From Marsupella aquatica (Eukaryota; Plantae; Marchantiophyta), in assembly GCA_973895155.1 (NCBI GenBank), contig OZ316894.1:18196563-18260562 (forward strand): a stretch of 64,000 nt of DNA. The letters run 5' to 3'. Position numbers and translations under genes: made by a program. The notes below the pieces were generated by a model. The model worked only from the letters and a program-made list of their open reading frames with translations. It searched no databases and had not been told where the DNA came from. Shown here in pieces: positions 1 through 18,011 of this stretch (positions are counted from its first letter, which is position 1; each line of letters opens with the position of its first letter).

Positions 1-54
1 CCACTACACCACCCACATATATACCCTAAAACTCTCAACCCAAGACTATTGTCT

Positions 55-190
55 TTGCAGTGTGCAATATTGTAGGGTAGTCCCAGTGGGGAATTACCAA
101 GTTGGGATCTGACCAATGGACCTCGTACCTTGAAGGGGGAGAACTCTAGACCAGTGGCCAACCAGGGGCTGGAGATAATCACTTGACCTC

Positions 191-221
<31 letters not shown>

Positions 222-600
222 ACCTACCTAACCCTAAATTACTATCTTAGGATTGTGCAATTCTGTAGAGTGGACCACAAGGGGAATTACACAGGGTCTC
301 AAAGCAACCAGCCAGGGATGGTGGACATAATCAATACTGCGCCCAAAAAGCCCTCAACCACATATGGGAGATAATAGTACTCCCTCACCACACCACCCAC
401 ACCACTAAACCATAAACCAGGGTAGCAAAGTGACCAACCAGGTACATGACATAACAGTACTCCGCCCACTGACTAATGTCTTTAGAGTGTTCAATACTGT
501 AGGATAGTCTATAAGGGGAGAGAATATTAAACCAGGGTCACAAAGGAACCAACCCAGGGATGGTTTGGATAATCAATACTTTCCCCATTGCAACCCCAGC
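55..600. repeat. Degenerate ~200-bp tandem repeat (about 3 copies)
   Basis: The motif tgtgcaata(t/c)tgtag...gggga-ttac..cagggtc.caaag..acc recurs near 61, 255 and 488. Confidence 0.5.
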
Positions 601-1598
601 GCCCCAAACATCTATATAACTACCCGCCAATGAGAAGCTAGAGTTGGAGTTCAGGCTTCCAGAGTGAAACCTCTAGACCATGATTCTAGGGCCCCACCAA
701 AATTTACCTAAATGTAAAGAAGGATGAGATGTTACATATGTCAAAATAATAATTCATGATGATTTTTGTCATCATTTTTTTAAATATTCAAAGAACTGGT
801 ATTGCTCCTACTCTTGTTTGTTAATATTCAAAGAATGAGCATTCAGGCTAGTATTCTCTTTTATTTATATTCAAAGAGAATGGGTATTAAGAATGAGCAT
901 TCAGGCTTGTATTCCCTTTTATTTATACAGCTTACATTGTCACTAAAGGTGTTTGAATTTCCAATATTGTCATCATTTTTTGTATTTACAAAAATATCAC
1001 GAGTTCCATATATAGTTCCCCTGGTTACGTTGGTAAACTTGTCATCCATATACGAAACCATGACATTTTTATAAATACAAAAAACCAGTGGCAGTATTTG
1101 AATTAAAATATCTTTAGTGGCAAAGTATTTAAAAGCTGTTTATTTATATTCAAAGAGAATGGGTATTCAGGCTCATTTTCTCTGTTGCTAGTATTTGGGC
1201 ATCAGGCTCGTACTCTCTTTGATTAATATTCAAAGAATAGTCACTTGACCTAGTACTATTTGTAGAAACAAAAGCTTGGATGGACCCAACAATTTACTAC
1301 ATAAAGCAATTGTTGCCTTACACCAAAAAGAAAAAGGAACCGGGCATGGATTGCAGTTAACTATTTGACTACTTTGGGGATAAAGTAATCAAGACATCAT
1401 CATGATGATACTGAGTAATGACTTGACATTTTTTGTCAAGTCGTTAAATTACTGAGAAAACCCATTCAATAATGTAATTGAAAACCACCAGCAAACGGTA
1501 AGGAGACTGTTGACAGGTCGCATTTCAATCAAAAGTGTAAACAATGTTATCTGACTCAATTTAAATATTTTCAACAAATTCATCCAAGTTTTGCCAGT

Positions 1599-2054
1599 CC
1601 ATCTACTGTAGGCTTCATACACAAAGTGGAGGTCAAAGCGAGTCCATCTAGGCTTCATAGAGGTCCATCCTGGCTTTAGTTTCACTATCCATGGGAGAGT
1701 AGAAATAATGAGAGCTCCATCTAGGCTTCATGACAAAGTGGAGGTCCAAGCCAGTCCATCTAGGCTTCATAGAGGTCCATCCTGGCTTTAGTTTTACTAT
1801 CCATGGGAGAGTAGAAATAATAGGAACTCCATCTAGGCTTCATAGTCAAAGTGGAGGTCCAAGAGAGTCCATCTAGGCTTCATAGAGGTCCATCCTGGCT
1901 TTAGTTTCACTATCCATGGGAGAGTATAAATAATAGGAACTCCATCTAGGCTTCATGGACAAAGTGGAGTTCCAAACAAATCCATCTAGGCTCAATAGAG
2001 GTCCATCGTGGCTTTAGTTTCACTATCCGTGGGAGAGTAGAAATAATAGGAACT
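1599..2054. repeat. Minisatellite, 4 copies of a ~112-bp unit
   Basis: The unit ccatctaggcttcat..acaaagtggaggtc...tccatctaggcttcatagaggtccatcctggctttagtttcactatccatgggagagtagaaataataggaact is repeated four times, with an internal sub-repeat tccatctaggcttcat. Confidence 0.9.
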
Positions 2055-2064
2055 CCCCCGTTAC

Positions 2065-2428
2065 TCCACTGTGGCTTGGAGAGGGGGGATTGAACGTGGG
2101 ACCTCTCAGGCTCAGGCTCAGGGCAACTGCAATAGCGCCACCTGATTCCGTCGATGTCACCTTCTCGTGTTGAGCTCGCTCCTTCTCCTTCTCCCTCACT
2201 CAGGCTTTGGCATTCGTTTGCGAAATATGATTTGTAGGGTGAGGCGTTTGGTTTGGTTGAAGCTCCGCCCCGCTCTCTGAGCTCCATTAATGAACACTCT
2301 GCGTCGTTCAAGCCGTTCGCAACCAGGTCGAAGCATTTTCTCGAGCTCCCGCAAAGAAAATCTCTGCTCGATTTGCTCACACTCTGTCTCGGTTTCGCGC
2401 GTTTTGCTATTGAATTAGGTTTAAGCAT
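2065..2428 (-). CDS. Possible first exon of a gene transcribed divergently from PRMT3 (unknown product)
   Basis: ATG at 2428 opens a Ser/Glu/Gly-rich frame (MLKPNSIAKRAKPRQS...) that ends at a candidate donor A|GTAACG at 2064. No recognisable domain and no downstream exon were identified. Confidence 0.25.
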
Positions 2429-2759
2429 TGTGTCGAAAGTCGGCAGAGAAATCTTAGCTTTTATAAACCCCCTCTCTGTCGGTCTGTGCACCGGCTGCTG
2501 TTCGAGCATTGAGTGGTGTTTGAATTTGAAGTACTAAAATTGCTGCAATGATGGCTTCTGCAGTTCACTTGAATGTCTCGGCGGCATTCAGGACTCCTCG
2601 TGATCATGGTGTAACAAGGGTTCTAAGAAGGAATTGACAAAAACCCTTCTCCTACCCCGTGCTTTTTTTTCCTGCGAACGGACGGACGGAGAACACTTGA
2701 CTAGAGAGCCCCCAACCTCGCTCGGGAATTTTTACTGAGATTTGGACGGTTTATGTCAA

Positions 2760-6859
<4,100 letters not shown>

Positions 6860-9800
6860 ATGAAAAGAATGAAAACGGAGCTAGTGCCTATGTTCCTGTA
6901 TATGAAAACTCGCTCTGTAACCTGGCGAAAGCTTTCCCGACACCGTGGAAGGTGAAGTTTTGATTCTTCAGAAACGTACTTTACTGCTTGTGTAACGAGT
7001 GTTGCTGCAAAATGAATTACCCAACATCCACGATGCGCATGTCATGTTCTCATCCTCTTTCTTCACAATCTGTGCATTTTCCATTAAACGGGGGAGCTAC
7101 GTCGGGCAACATGATGATGGGGGGACGGTTCTCAGGTACCTGCCTCCGCAATGTCTGCCAGAGGCGATCCATGGATGGCATTCGTTGAGTCGGGTGCCAA
7201 TCAGGACGAGGTCAGACATTTGTTAGTGATTATCTAGCCCTACCGGGATTCCTTACTCAAACCAACGTTGGGCGAAATAGAATTTTAAGCCAAATTCTTG
7301 AGCAGATATTTCATCTTCACCTGATGGGCGAAATGAAAATCTTGGCCGTAATGTGAGTGTGTATGTGATAAGCTAAATGCCGCCGGGACTTCGATTGGTT
7401 TTGGTTTGATTGAAATGAACCTTCCCACAGGCCAGCTGGGTCTGCATTGACAGTCTTGTGATGGGTTTCCCTCCACTCGAAGGGTTCCACGCTGCCCAAA
7501 GAGATTCTTTGGAGCACGTAGCTTAAAATTTGCGAGAACGCACCGACAGGACAGAACAGAGGAAGGATGCATTCTCACCTGCGGTAGTTCAGCACAGAAC
7601 AGGATGAGTTGTTCTTCAGAGCTCCAGAGTGCTCACCAACTCGTCGTTGCTAGTGAAGGACAACAGCGAGACAAATGGGCCGCTATTGTTCCTTACCGTG
7701 ACTGCCTGATTAAATCGTATTCTGCGCTCGACGGCAGTGTGGAGAAGATTGCAACGTTCCAGGTGCAGCACTGGGGGCATCTCCGCCAGAGTTTTCTCTC
7801 GAACTACTTGAGAGCATGCAGATCAAAGGTGAGTATAGACAGATATTTTCTTGAGAAATTCAAGGATGAATATAGATTGATATGAAAAATGAAGATAATA
7901 TAATTTATTCTTAAGTGATTAAAAATAGTTTTTAATTATTTTTTAGAAATTATGAGATGACAAATTTAAGATATTTTTTCGCATCTATTATTAAAATTTT
8001 ATATATTTAAAAAATAATTAATTAAATAATTAAAAAAAAATCAAGGTTCTCTTGATATGTAAATTTTCTTTATAATCTTTGGATCTTTATAGTGTTAAAA
8101 AGTATATTTTGTTATATATTGTATAAATTTTCTCCAACTATTAGGTTATTGGCTAGTCAATAAAAATCTATAAATTTCTGTGCACCTGTTAAGGTCAACA
8201 GATTGTAAATACAATGATAAAAGTGGCCAATAGACTCTCTAACCACATGGGTCTGAATTGTCAATTGGTTTTGCAATGATAGAGGTCTGAGAATTCGACT
8301 GGTTTTCCAGCCAGTTGAAATCACTGATATACAACAAGGAGTTATTTTGTCAGCTTGTGAAAGAGTTCTCTAGTCAGCTTGTGAAAATTTCACCTACAAC
8401 TGTAGCTCGTGCATGACAAAAGAGAATGCAAAAATTCTAGTTTCGCTTCAAAACTATTGGATATCATGTGTCTGTAGGGTTGGTAATCACCGTCCTAAAT
8501 TTTGTAGCAAGAATGCGATCATCCCTGGGCAGCATGGACTGCAGTCATTTGTGGGGGGGTGCAGCTTGGTGCAATTGTCAATCTCTGAATGACACCGACA
8601 CCACAAAACTGTCGAGTCCTGTTAAGGCTTGATTCAATCGAATACTTTACATCACAGTCTTGGGCAGTAGTACTCACGGAGGTATCAACCACTTTAGGTG
8701 AACTGATACAGATGTATGATAAGTCACCCAGACAGATATCGATGCCTGATGGATCTCATCAACTGATTTAGACATAGTCTTGCGGGCACTAGTACTGAGG
8801 GAGCGATGAGTCCAAGGTACGAGACGGACCCGGACTGACAATTGCTTTTGGAAAGCACGGGCTACTGGTCACCTACGAGAGAAGCTTTTGATGGTGAAAT
8901 CTAACAGCCTTTGTCACTTGAACTAGGTGAGATCATGTGCAAGTCTTCTATGTTGCAGCGAGCACTTTACTCCCCTAGATTGGTATGCCTAGCACTTTAG
9001 CAGGTTCGGACGGAAGGCGGGGGCTGACAAGGTATGTGGTGCGTGATTGACCAGTATTCGAATTAGTGGCAGGAGATCGTGAGCTGATAGGGGCCCCGAT
9101 CTGACCACTGGCCATGAGCTAGACAACTTGCGATCGTTTCTTCCAGTCTTTCTAAGACGAGACAGGACGGAATAATCCTAACCTCAATGGACAACCTCTG
9201 AAGATATTTTAACTTCTACAATTTATGTAGAAATATCTCAAATTTGACAATCTATGTGAAAACCAGTTCCAATTCTACAATGCTTGAAAAGGAACTGGTC
9301 AAATTTGATAACCTAATGAAACAAATAATTCACTAGATTTGATAGATTAGATAAGAATTAAGAGAAACATCTTAGATTTGAATAATTAATTGACGGAAAT
9401 AAACATCTTAGATACAACATCTCACAAGAATATAGATATCTCAAAGGATAACTAGAGTTACCATAATCCACCAGAAAAGTCAGATTTCTGAATTGAAAGA
9501 GTAACTAAGATTTCATTCATAGACGGGAAAAGACATCTTAGATACTACATCTCACTAAAAGACAGATTTCTTAATGAGAAAGGCCTGTTGCACTTTAGAC
9601 AATGTCAACTTCGACTCCGCTCCGTCCGAATATGGAATGCAGCCATGCCGCAGGAGTGCAGAGGGCTGTCCTCGTGCTTGTAAGGCGAACACCGAGAGTT
9701 ACTGGTCTCTCAACCTTCAGCCCTTGCCTCTTATAGTCGCAATCTGCATACGAGGGAGTTGCGGACTACTAGACAGTGCAGGTGACTACTAGACAATGCA

Positions 9801-10912
9801 GGTGAAGGAACTATCAAGCGCCCAGGTCAATTTTCCCACCCACTACGCCAGTCTTCACGTTTGCTTCTCCTCGAAGGAAAGGAAAGCAGGCGAGATCAAT
9901 ATACAGTGACGAATCTCGAAGGAAAGGAAAGCAGGCGGGATCATTATACAGTCATGAATCTATGTATTTCTGCCATTTTTTCAACCCTTTTGACATTTTG
10001 ATGCTCGCTTGAGACATTTGGGTCACTGGAAGGAAGGTTCGGACAAGGCGGAAAGTTATATTCTCGAGTCCACTGGACGTAGTCTGAAGTGTCGTGTCAT
10101 GTCAAAAAGAGTGATCGATCGACTCACATGGCAACAGCAGTAAGGCTGTCGGGAGCTGCTGTCGTAGACTTCGAGGGTGCTGGTTTGACCTTTTAGACCA
10201 GAGGGAAGGGCGAGCGGGGAAGGTAGTGCAGTAGTCGTTGATCAATTGAGGTCCGGGACGAAAAGTCCATCTATGGGGGGCCCTGTGATAATTCTCGTCA
10301 GAAAAGACTGCATGCGCGCGAAAAGCGAAAAGGCCATCTACATGAGTTCAAACCTCGGTTCAATCCATTGCAACAAGCGCTCGAACTGATACATTCGTTG
10401 TGGGCTTGAATTATTGTCGCCCCTTCCATGATCATAAGATGTCGAGCTACAACTTGCCCACGCCGTATCTAAGCAGATAAAAAAATCGCTAACAATTCTC
10501 CTTGCCAGGGTCCAGTGAGGCAGACGCAATCATCTCAACGAATTTCGTGCCCACCCGTTGACGGGACCTACCGTCCCATGCTCCTTCCCATCGATTGCCG
10601 ACCTTGTGTAAAAATACGAGAGCATGCAGGCTGTGAAACTTTGCGGCGCACAGGAACCCGCACGAGTGCCGAGCGCTTCATCTCGTGCGTTCTTCCACAG
10701 CCCAAATGACTGCTAAAGGAGGAGATTGAACGTAACTCTCAGCCTGTAAGATTTAAGTCTCTGCTCGCGAAGAATTTAGCTGTGAGCGCCGTGAGCCGTC
10801 ATGGATTACTGTAGTGGTTAAACCTCAGGCCACCGAGCCCACCATGCGATCCATGAATTGCACTTCAGCCACCGTCACCTCAAATAAAACGGCTGAACTG
10901 CTCAGTACTAAT

Positions 10913-10972
10913 TCCTTCATTAATCATCAATGACGTTGGGGGTCCTTCATTAATCATCAATGACGTTGGGGG
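10913..10972. repeat. Perfect 30-bp tandem duplication
   Basis: tccttcattaatcatcaatgacgttggggg occurs twice in tandem. Confidence 0.9.
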
Positions 10973-13138
10973 CAGTTTACACATTTTTTTTGTGTCCAAG
11001 ATATGCCATCCATTTGAGAGAAATTGCTCCTGTTCACTTTATAAAACCTTGGGGGCATTTTCAACCCAACCTGCTACCAATCCTACATGGAATGCAGTGG
11101 GGCCCAATTTTTGCTTATGTGGAGCACTTTTTTGGAGCACTTTTTTGTCCTATATTTTAGACCACCTCTCTTGGTGGTCTCTTCTTCTGGCCACTTGGTC
11201 CATTTCTATTTTAAGTCATTTGTAATAAAAAGGTACCCACAAGTCCTTCATAAGATATTCTCTTCTTACATTTACAAAGACTTTAGCCAAAGATTATTTG
11301 ACATTCAGGTGAAGTGGGGTCCTCAATTGGGTCCTCAATCTTTCGTTTAGTCAATTAATCTGGCACCATTGGCTACACTTGGCTTTACAAGTCATTGGAG
11401 GCAATAAAAAGATTCAAAAAATGTTTTTAGCCCCGGGACACTATATTCAGTGTGTGCAATGGCCCTCCAGTTTGCTTTGGTAAAAAAAACTCCCAAACAC
11501 CCCCGGGTCTTGTAAAGTCCTCCTAATTGAGCACTCCTCTAGGGGTGGTTGGAATGCGAACATCCCGAATTCCCGACCCACACGTCTGTAGCAGACTAGC
11601 TGCCATAGTGCTATTTCAGACGTCCACGCATAGGGGAATCCCTTGACTGCAGCACGAGCGGCGAGTTTTAGATTAGAGGTGAGTCTGGCAACCGGAGTCG
11701 GCAGCATAGCCAAGATCAAGATTCCAGGCCGCCACTGTTCAATATTCGGAATCTGTGGAGGCAGGCAAAGAAACCACGTCAATACTGCACTCCACATCCA
11801 AACGGTGGGTCCCCAACCCACACGGATCGAACGATCGAAAACCAATAACTTCATGACTGTATAAAATATTTCCAATCCGAATCCACCTAATTGGACTACA
11901 TTGGGACATTCTCGGGGAAAATGCGGCGAAACTGCACGATTCTGTACTCAAAGTCCAGGACACAGTAAATGACAATAGTGATGAACCCACACACGCCTGC
12001 ACAAGGCCAGCACGAGTTTTCCACACTATCGCTCGTGCAAGAGCTCGCCGATCAGCCCATGTCACAAACCGACCCACGGACCCACATGTACGTTAACGCT
12101 AGCTACAAAATCATCACCGACTACGTAAAGAGGTCCATTGAACAATTATACTGAGAGTGACCATGATTGCCCAACATCGATCGAGATAGAACCGTCTTTT
12201 GATGCAGACCGAAAAATGCTGGAAACGTCTAGGGATCAGATCTCTCAGACCACCGGTAGTGTGCGGGGTTTCTTTCTCACATCCGTAATAAAAGCTAACT
12301 GTTCGAGAAAAAACAAATTAAACCAAAAAAGCTGCAGACAGTACAAGACTTGCGGCGGATCGAGATTCTAAAAGTCGAAGCAGAAACAGATCTTAGCACG
12401 GCACAACTGAATCGATTTGATCGAGCAGCCATACATTTCAGAGTCGGATTGAGACCCAATATTCGACAATGCAACGTGACCTCATAATTTTGGACAAACG
12501 AGCATAAAAGCCTAAGTATAATATAAGGAATATCTACTGTGCAACATTCTTTTTTCGACGGGCCCACTTTGGATCTGACTGATTGACTAATCCAGCAACG
12601 TTTTTGCGCATCATTCAGAATCACAGAGCAAGGGTACAAGACAGTCTAACCTCTCCAAAGTGTACACCCTCGGGAAGAAGCTGGGAGTAACGTCTACAGT
12701 ACAACAGTAACGTCCAGTTTACGGGCATGGTGGACCATGATGCACCCAAAAACAAGTACAGTACTTTGGCACTTTTGGTACTGTAAGTCAGAGATTTCTT
12801 TATGCTTGGGGGAGAAGTTTCTGAAAATGTCTTTCCAAATTTGCACTCCATTCTTCTCCACATATGCACGGTCTACGATTAGAAAGAGAAACATTATGAA
12901 GGGCATTAAGAGAGAGAGTTTACACTACCTAGAAATGCTATCCTGGTGATTGGCTAGCGCAACAAATAAATAATTATTAACATTTACCCATTGACTAACA
13001 AAACAATCTAGACCCCTATTGAACTAATTTTTTGCAGTAAACTTCAAGTACTCTGACTATAGGTGTAAATATGGATGAACTTTCCCTGTATCATTAGTTA
13101 TCAAATGAATAATGCAAAGAAGAGAATAACATTCAGGC

Positions 13139-13322
13139 CAAGAAAAGACTTAACAGACCCCTCTTGCATCTCCTGGACTAGCTTAACAGTCCAACAAAAT
13201 GCCATAAAGACTTAACAAGACCCCCTGCCTATTTTGCCCAGGTCTTCATGGCATCTTACTCACAAGGGTCAGTCTGGTTAAGTCCAAAAGATACAGGAGG
13301 GGTCCTGTTAAGTCTTTTCTTG
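13139..13322. mobile_element. MITE-like foldback element with ~40-bp imperfect TIRs
   Basis: The left arm caagaaaagacttaacagacccctcttgcatctcctggact matches the reverse complement of the right arm, caagaaaagacttaacaggacccctcctgtatcttttggact. Confidence 0.75.
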
Positions 13323-14561
13323 CACCAAATAAATAGGCCTTGAGTTCAATATTTCAATAAAGAATTCTAAAGTTTTGCGCAGGTCCCGGGTTGGGATGAG
13401 ATTGCAGTACTTGGTAAGTACGTGTTTGCAGATACTTGTGGTAGATCATCAATATTGCACTATCTGATAAGTGCAACATTGATGATCTTGCACTTATTGA
13501 AATGTTCCCCTTGCCACAGCAGATTGTACAATTCATGCTCTAAAACCCTATGCCCTATTGCAGAAGTGCAATCACACACAAAAAGTATCAACTATAATTG
13601 ACAAGTGTTCCCATTAGTATAAGACTTATGGATTAAAGTTTGTTGCACTTATTGAGTAAGTGCATGAAAATGGGATTTGGCACATATGAAGAGTTGTCCA
13701 TAAAGATGTCCCCTTCCAGAGAGAAACCCTTGCATTCATTAAGTATTGCAAGAATATGTTGCTCCCTTTTATCAATTATTTATTGCAATGTTACTCAAAT
13801 CATATTAGTTTGAGGACCCCTTGGTTATTTAAGTTTGATGTTATTCAACAACTAAGTTAGAGCATATGAAAAATTGCATACTATGAGGGGAAAAAATAGT
13901 AGATTTTTCATGGTAGTAGTCCATTCACAACTTTCCCTTGGTATTCCTATGTCCTTAGAGGCCATGCAAAATGTGTTATAGAAGCCAGAGAGTTTTTTAC
14001 ATTCCTTTGGTATTCTTTTATACATAGTAGCTGAATACATTACCTTAGTAAATGTTATAGTAATTCTTTCTACCCATGGTTATTCCAAAAATTGATAATT
14101 ATATAGAAAACGCATACAATGTACTGGAAAACACTGATATATCAATCACAATCCAACCAAAGGTTATTTTCTTTTCACTCCTTTCTTTGTGTATTTGAAT
14201 AGTTACTTTTTAGTCTGTCATTGTTTGTACAATACAAGGTTTACATGTATAGAATACGGAGACTTACCAGTGGTCTACCTTAGTGGCCGAAGCGCACCAT
14301 TCAGGCCATGCACCTGACTTTCCTAGCCAAACAGGGGTATACTGTGTCCTGGGATACCAAGACCTGTGGGGATGCTCTTAGCCATTGGTTTACATTTCAA
14401 CTCTGTCAACAAGGATATAAATATAACCATAATTGTTTTCCTTGTGCCTTTTGATTCCTACTATGAGTACTATGAGTACTCTGATCTCTATATGGAGTAT
14501 ATACAGTTAGTACTCTTCAGTCTGTCTCATTATTGAGTATTAATCCTACTACCCCAATGCC

Positions 14562-15505
14562 CCCGGTTTAACCTGACGGGCAACTTGACGCCTTGCCGGG
14601 CACGTAAAACTGTCAAATGACAGTCCCAAAACCGGAAGTTTGACGCATATTCGCCTAGATTCTCCCAAACTCCCCCGGACCCCCCCGGACCCTTCCCGAA
14701 CTCCCCCCGGATCCCCCCGGACAATTCCCGGACCTCTCCCAAACTGGCTCCCCCGAACCCGGCTCCCTCCCCCCCCCCACCCGGACCGGCTCCCCCGAGC
14801 CCCTCCCCGGACCGCCCCCCCCCTGTGTTAAGGATTGCTCTTAGTCTTGTGACTCATAGGTTACGGCACTTAGGCTAACCACAGTTAGGATCTTAGCTGA
14901 GGTTAGATTAGTCGTGTGTGACCTTGTATATACCAGGGCTAGTGTAAGCCGCTGGTGGGTGGTGCTTACTCATTGTAACAGAACAACAGGAGGAAGAGAG
15001 AGAGCATGTGTGTTCGTCTACTCTTGAAGTAAAGCTTGAGTGTTCGTGTGGACGTAGCCTTGGAGAAGAGGTGAACCACGTAGAGATTGTGTCGACTACG
15101 TGTGCATGGAATGAGTCATGGTTGTATGGTCGTCTTAGTTCAACACCCTGGACCAGCTCCCCCCCCCCCGACCCCGGCCCGGACCTCCCCCGAACTCGAC
15201 CCAGACCCTTCCCGACCTCCCCCCGGACCCCCCCCGAACAATTCCCGGACTCCCCCGGACACTTCCCAAACCTCTCTCGAACCCGGGTCCCCGAACCCCC
15301 CACGGACCAGCCCCCCCCCCCCCCCGACCGGCTCCCCACCCCCCCGGCCCGGACCTCTCCCGCCCGGACCCGGCCCGAACCTGGCCCGAACCTCTCCCGA
15401 ACCTCTCCCGAACTAGTCCCAACCCAGACTGCTCCCGAACCCGGGTGCCGGGTTGTCATTTTGCCGGAGTTTTGAGGCCAGTTTGACGGGCAAGGTCAAA
15501 CCGGG
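14562..15505. mobile_element. Non-autonomous C-rich TIR DNA element with an 8-bp TSD, interrupted by a solo LTR
   Basis: Termini are CCCGGTTTAACCT and AGGTCAAACCGGG. The direct repeat CCAATGCC flanks the element at 14554-14561 and 15506-15513. The interior is built of cccgaac/ccggac repeats. Confidence 0.8.
14826..15145. mobile_element. Solo LTR, 320 bp
   Basis: Begins TGTTAA and ends TTCAACA (TG...CA, TGTT/AACA inverted termini). A perfect 5-bp TSD CCCTG lies at 14821-14825 and 15146-15150. Composition differs sharply from the flanking C-rich host element. Confidence 0.85.
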
Positions 15506-15969
15506 CCAATGCCTGTGTGTTGCAGCATATTGTCAATAGTGGCTGATGTTGCACGTGTTGTGGAGCACAAGTGGGACAAGGGATGGCCAGGGACTTGGTC
15601 ACTTAACCCAACAATTGGATTTCAATGACTGTGTGAGCTACGGGAGACTGATGTTTGGGTGTGCAAAACTGCGCAATGGCACCTTTAAATGCATCCATGG
15701 TTAGGATAAATGTCCCCATAATGCAATGGCCAGGGAAGCAGCCAAGGACCCTTCCCACCAGAAATACATTTGGTAAGCAGACCATGCGAGAAAAGAACAT
15801 AATAGATTGCATCTTATAGTGTTTAGATTTTCATGGATAACATTTTTGCTTGGACAACTCTAACATTTTTTGGCATTAATAGCCATCAATGAGCTTTGCC
15901 AATTTTTATGTCCATCTGATCCTGGATTTTGTTATTTTGAATTTCTTTCGATGATGTTGGACATAGTGT

Positions 15970-16001
15970 TCCCATGGACCACATTGTGGTGGTCCATGGG
16001 A
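15970..16001. repeat. Perfect 13-bp hairpin belonging to a dispersed repeat family
   Basis: tcccatggaccac-attgtg-gtggtccatggga. The related motif ggtccatgggagcatcatttt recurs at ~16354 and, inverted, at ~42633. Confidence 0.6.
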
Positions 16002-17471
16002 GTTTGAGGCTTATAACTTGATGATTGTGAGTCTTAGAATAATTTTTTGTTTTTCACCGGCAAGGCAACTAGAGAAGGAGGAGACATAAGAAAACTCAAA
16101 CCCTAGTATTTAATATTAACACAATGAAAATCAATCTAGTAGAATTTACCCCAGTGCATTCCATGATGAATAACTCAACCATTAGACCAAAACTTTAGTG
16201 TCACTTTGATGGAAAAGGAGCTTACCTCCTCCTCTAGCATGTCCTCAAACTAAAGAATATTTGAATTTGTGAACATCAAACTACATTATTACAATTAAAC
16301 TCAAGTTTTGGGGAATGGGTCCATGGCAGGGGGTTTCAAAAGACAAATGTTGTGGTCCATGGGAGCATCATTTTCCATTTTATTACCATGAGTAGCAAAA
16401 GTAGAATTTGAGAATCTTTGCATGGCCTAAACTCCTTGCGGTTTAACTTATTCTTCCTTTTTTATTTTTATTTTGGAATTAAATTTTATTTCAAAAATAC
16501 AAAATCATAACTTCTTCTTCCTTAGTACACTGTTGAATAACCTTAATTTTAGGTATTTTTTCTTTGTTTTTCTTTCCAAAACTCACTCAAGATTTTACGT
16601 ACAGTCAACTTTCTTTCTGGTTATGGGCATTATGGGCCATAATGTCCCCTCAAACTTAAGCTAAAGCCCTCATTTACTGGAAGTATACCCAAAGATGCCC
16701 TCTACACAGGACATTACCCTTACTACTAGAAATGTTGTCTTGCTTTTGCCCCAGTTTGCAGTTAAGCAGGTAAATATTCTAAAGGCACATTTCATTGGAC
16801 CCAATGGAATCTTTGTCATAGGTGAAAACGTTCAAAAGATTTACTGGGCATTTTGCCTTTTAATTCATCAAAGCAAATTGGAGGGGCACTTCTTGTCCTA
16901 AATGGAGAACTCTATATCAAAGATCTTTTGAAATGAGCTGCAATAAATGCAAACCCTTAAATGAAAGAGCCAAGTTGGATTTGTTTGGACCACCTCTAGA
17001 GGTAGTCCAAGGTTCAAGGCAAATTATGCACTTCACTTGGCGTTGAGTTGGACACACTCCTTGTCATGTAGGATTGGTAAGCACTACAGTGAACCCTGGA
17101 TAAACGCACCCTCTCGGGAAGAACGATCTGGCGTGCACTTAAGCAGGTGTTGCATGACTTGATAAGCGCACATCCCACTAAAAGTGCTGTAATAGATAAG
17201 TGTGCTTAATTTGGGATCCTTTGTTAAATGTGTAATTATCCAGGGTTTCCAAGTATTTGAGACCAAATTGTCTGGGCGATGGCAGATTGAGCATACCAAG
17301 TGAAAGAACAATGATATGGACTCCAGAACTCACCATGCACATTGTAAATACTGCAATATACCCAGATCACACATACAATCCGTGAAATGAACCTTTATTT
17401 CAAAATGAGAACATTAGTGTCCAGTGTGTAGTAAAAACAAAAGTGGTCTGTCTACAGTTCCTACATTGGGC

Positions 17472-18011
17472 CTACACAACTTCTTCAGTACCGATAGCAG
17501 TATGGATTGAGCAGTCCCCTTCAACTAAGGAGCTTTCTGCCTGGTCTACTTCGCCCTCCACAGCCTCAGCATTGTATTTCCCTTCAATATAGGTCCATCT
17601 GCCATCTGGGCTAAAAGTTCCGTTCAATTTCTTCCACCTATGAAGCTGGCCAAAGCATTCGCCATCCAGATCAAGCTGAAAATGGAACTCTGCTACTTGG
17701 CGATGTGTCGTAAGGCAAGCAGTCACCCAATCCCAGGATACACAGCGGATGATTGATGACAATCAAAACGGGCACTTCCAGCAAACACATTGTTTCTCAA
17801 TGATAGTTGAGCACGAAGAGGTGATGATGTGGGTAGTGCTAGGATTCATCTCCGTGGCAAAGACTCCCCTGAAAACCTTGAATCTGTCACGGAGAACAGT
17901 GTATCGTGTCCATCCCACCTTCCCATCAAACATGAAGCATGCATTGACCCCTCGGAAAAACTGATCTTCCAAAGGTGCTACGAGTGGCGCTGGCTGCTTT
18001 CGTTTCGGCAT
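17472..18011 (-). pseudogene. BRCT-domain ORF inside the pogo element (~179 codons, one internal TGA)
   Basis: MPKRKQPAP...FFRGVNACFM...RFKVFRGVFATEMNPSTTHIIT...CPF*LSSIIRCVSWDWVTACL. ORFs 17763-18200 and 17472-17762 are the same frame, separated by a single TGA. BRCT hallmarks are F.G beta1, THII beta3 and W...CL helix 3. Confidence 0.7.

Noticed and set aside
1599-2054. Repeat array superficially like a CRISPR (recurring tccatctaggcttcat)
   Set aside because: The intervening sequences are themselves repeated rather than unique spacers. The context is eukaryotic and there are no cas genes.
12621-14420. Isolated exon-like minus-strand segments (acceptor near 12873, donor gtaagt near 14267)
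   Set aside because: They could not be joined into a coherent reading frame, and no domain was recognised.
15008-15030. Peptide MCSSTLE occurs both in a solo-LTR ORF and in the putative ClpD uORF (55118)
   Set aside because: The similarity is limited to about 20 nt with no flanking homology, so it is treated as coincidence.
14530-15475. Several Pro-rich or Gly-rich ORFs (up to 183 aa)
   Set aside because: They are artefacts of the C-rich, stop-poor repeat interior and run across the solo-LTR boundary.
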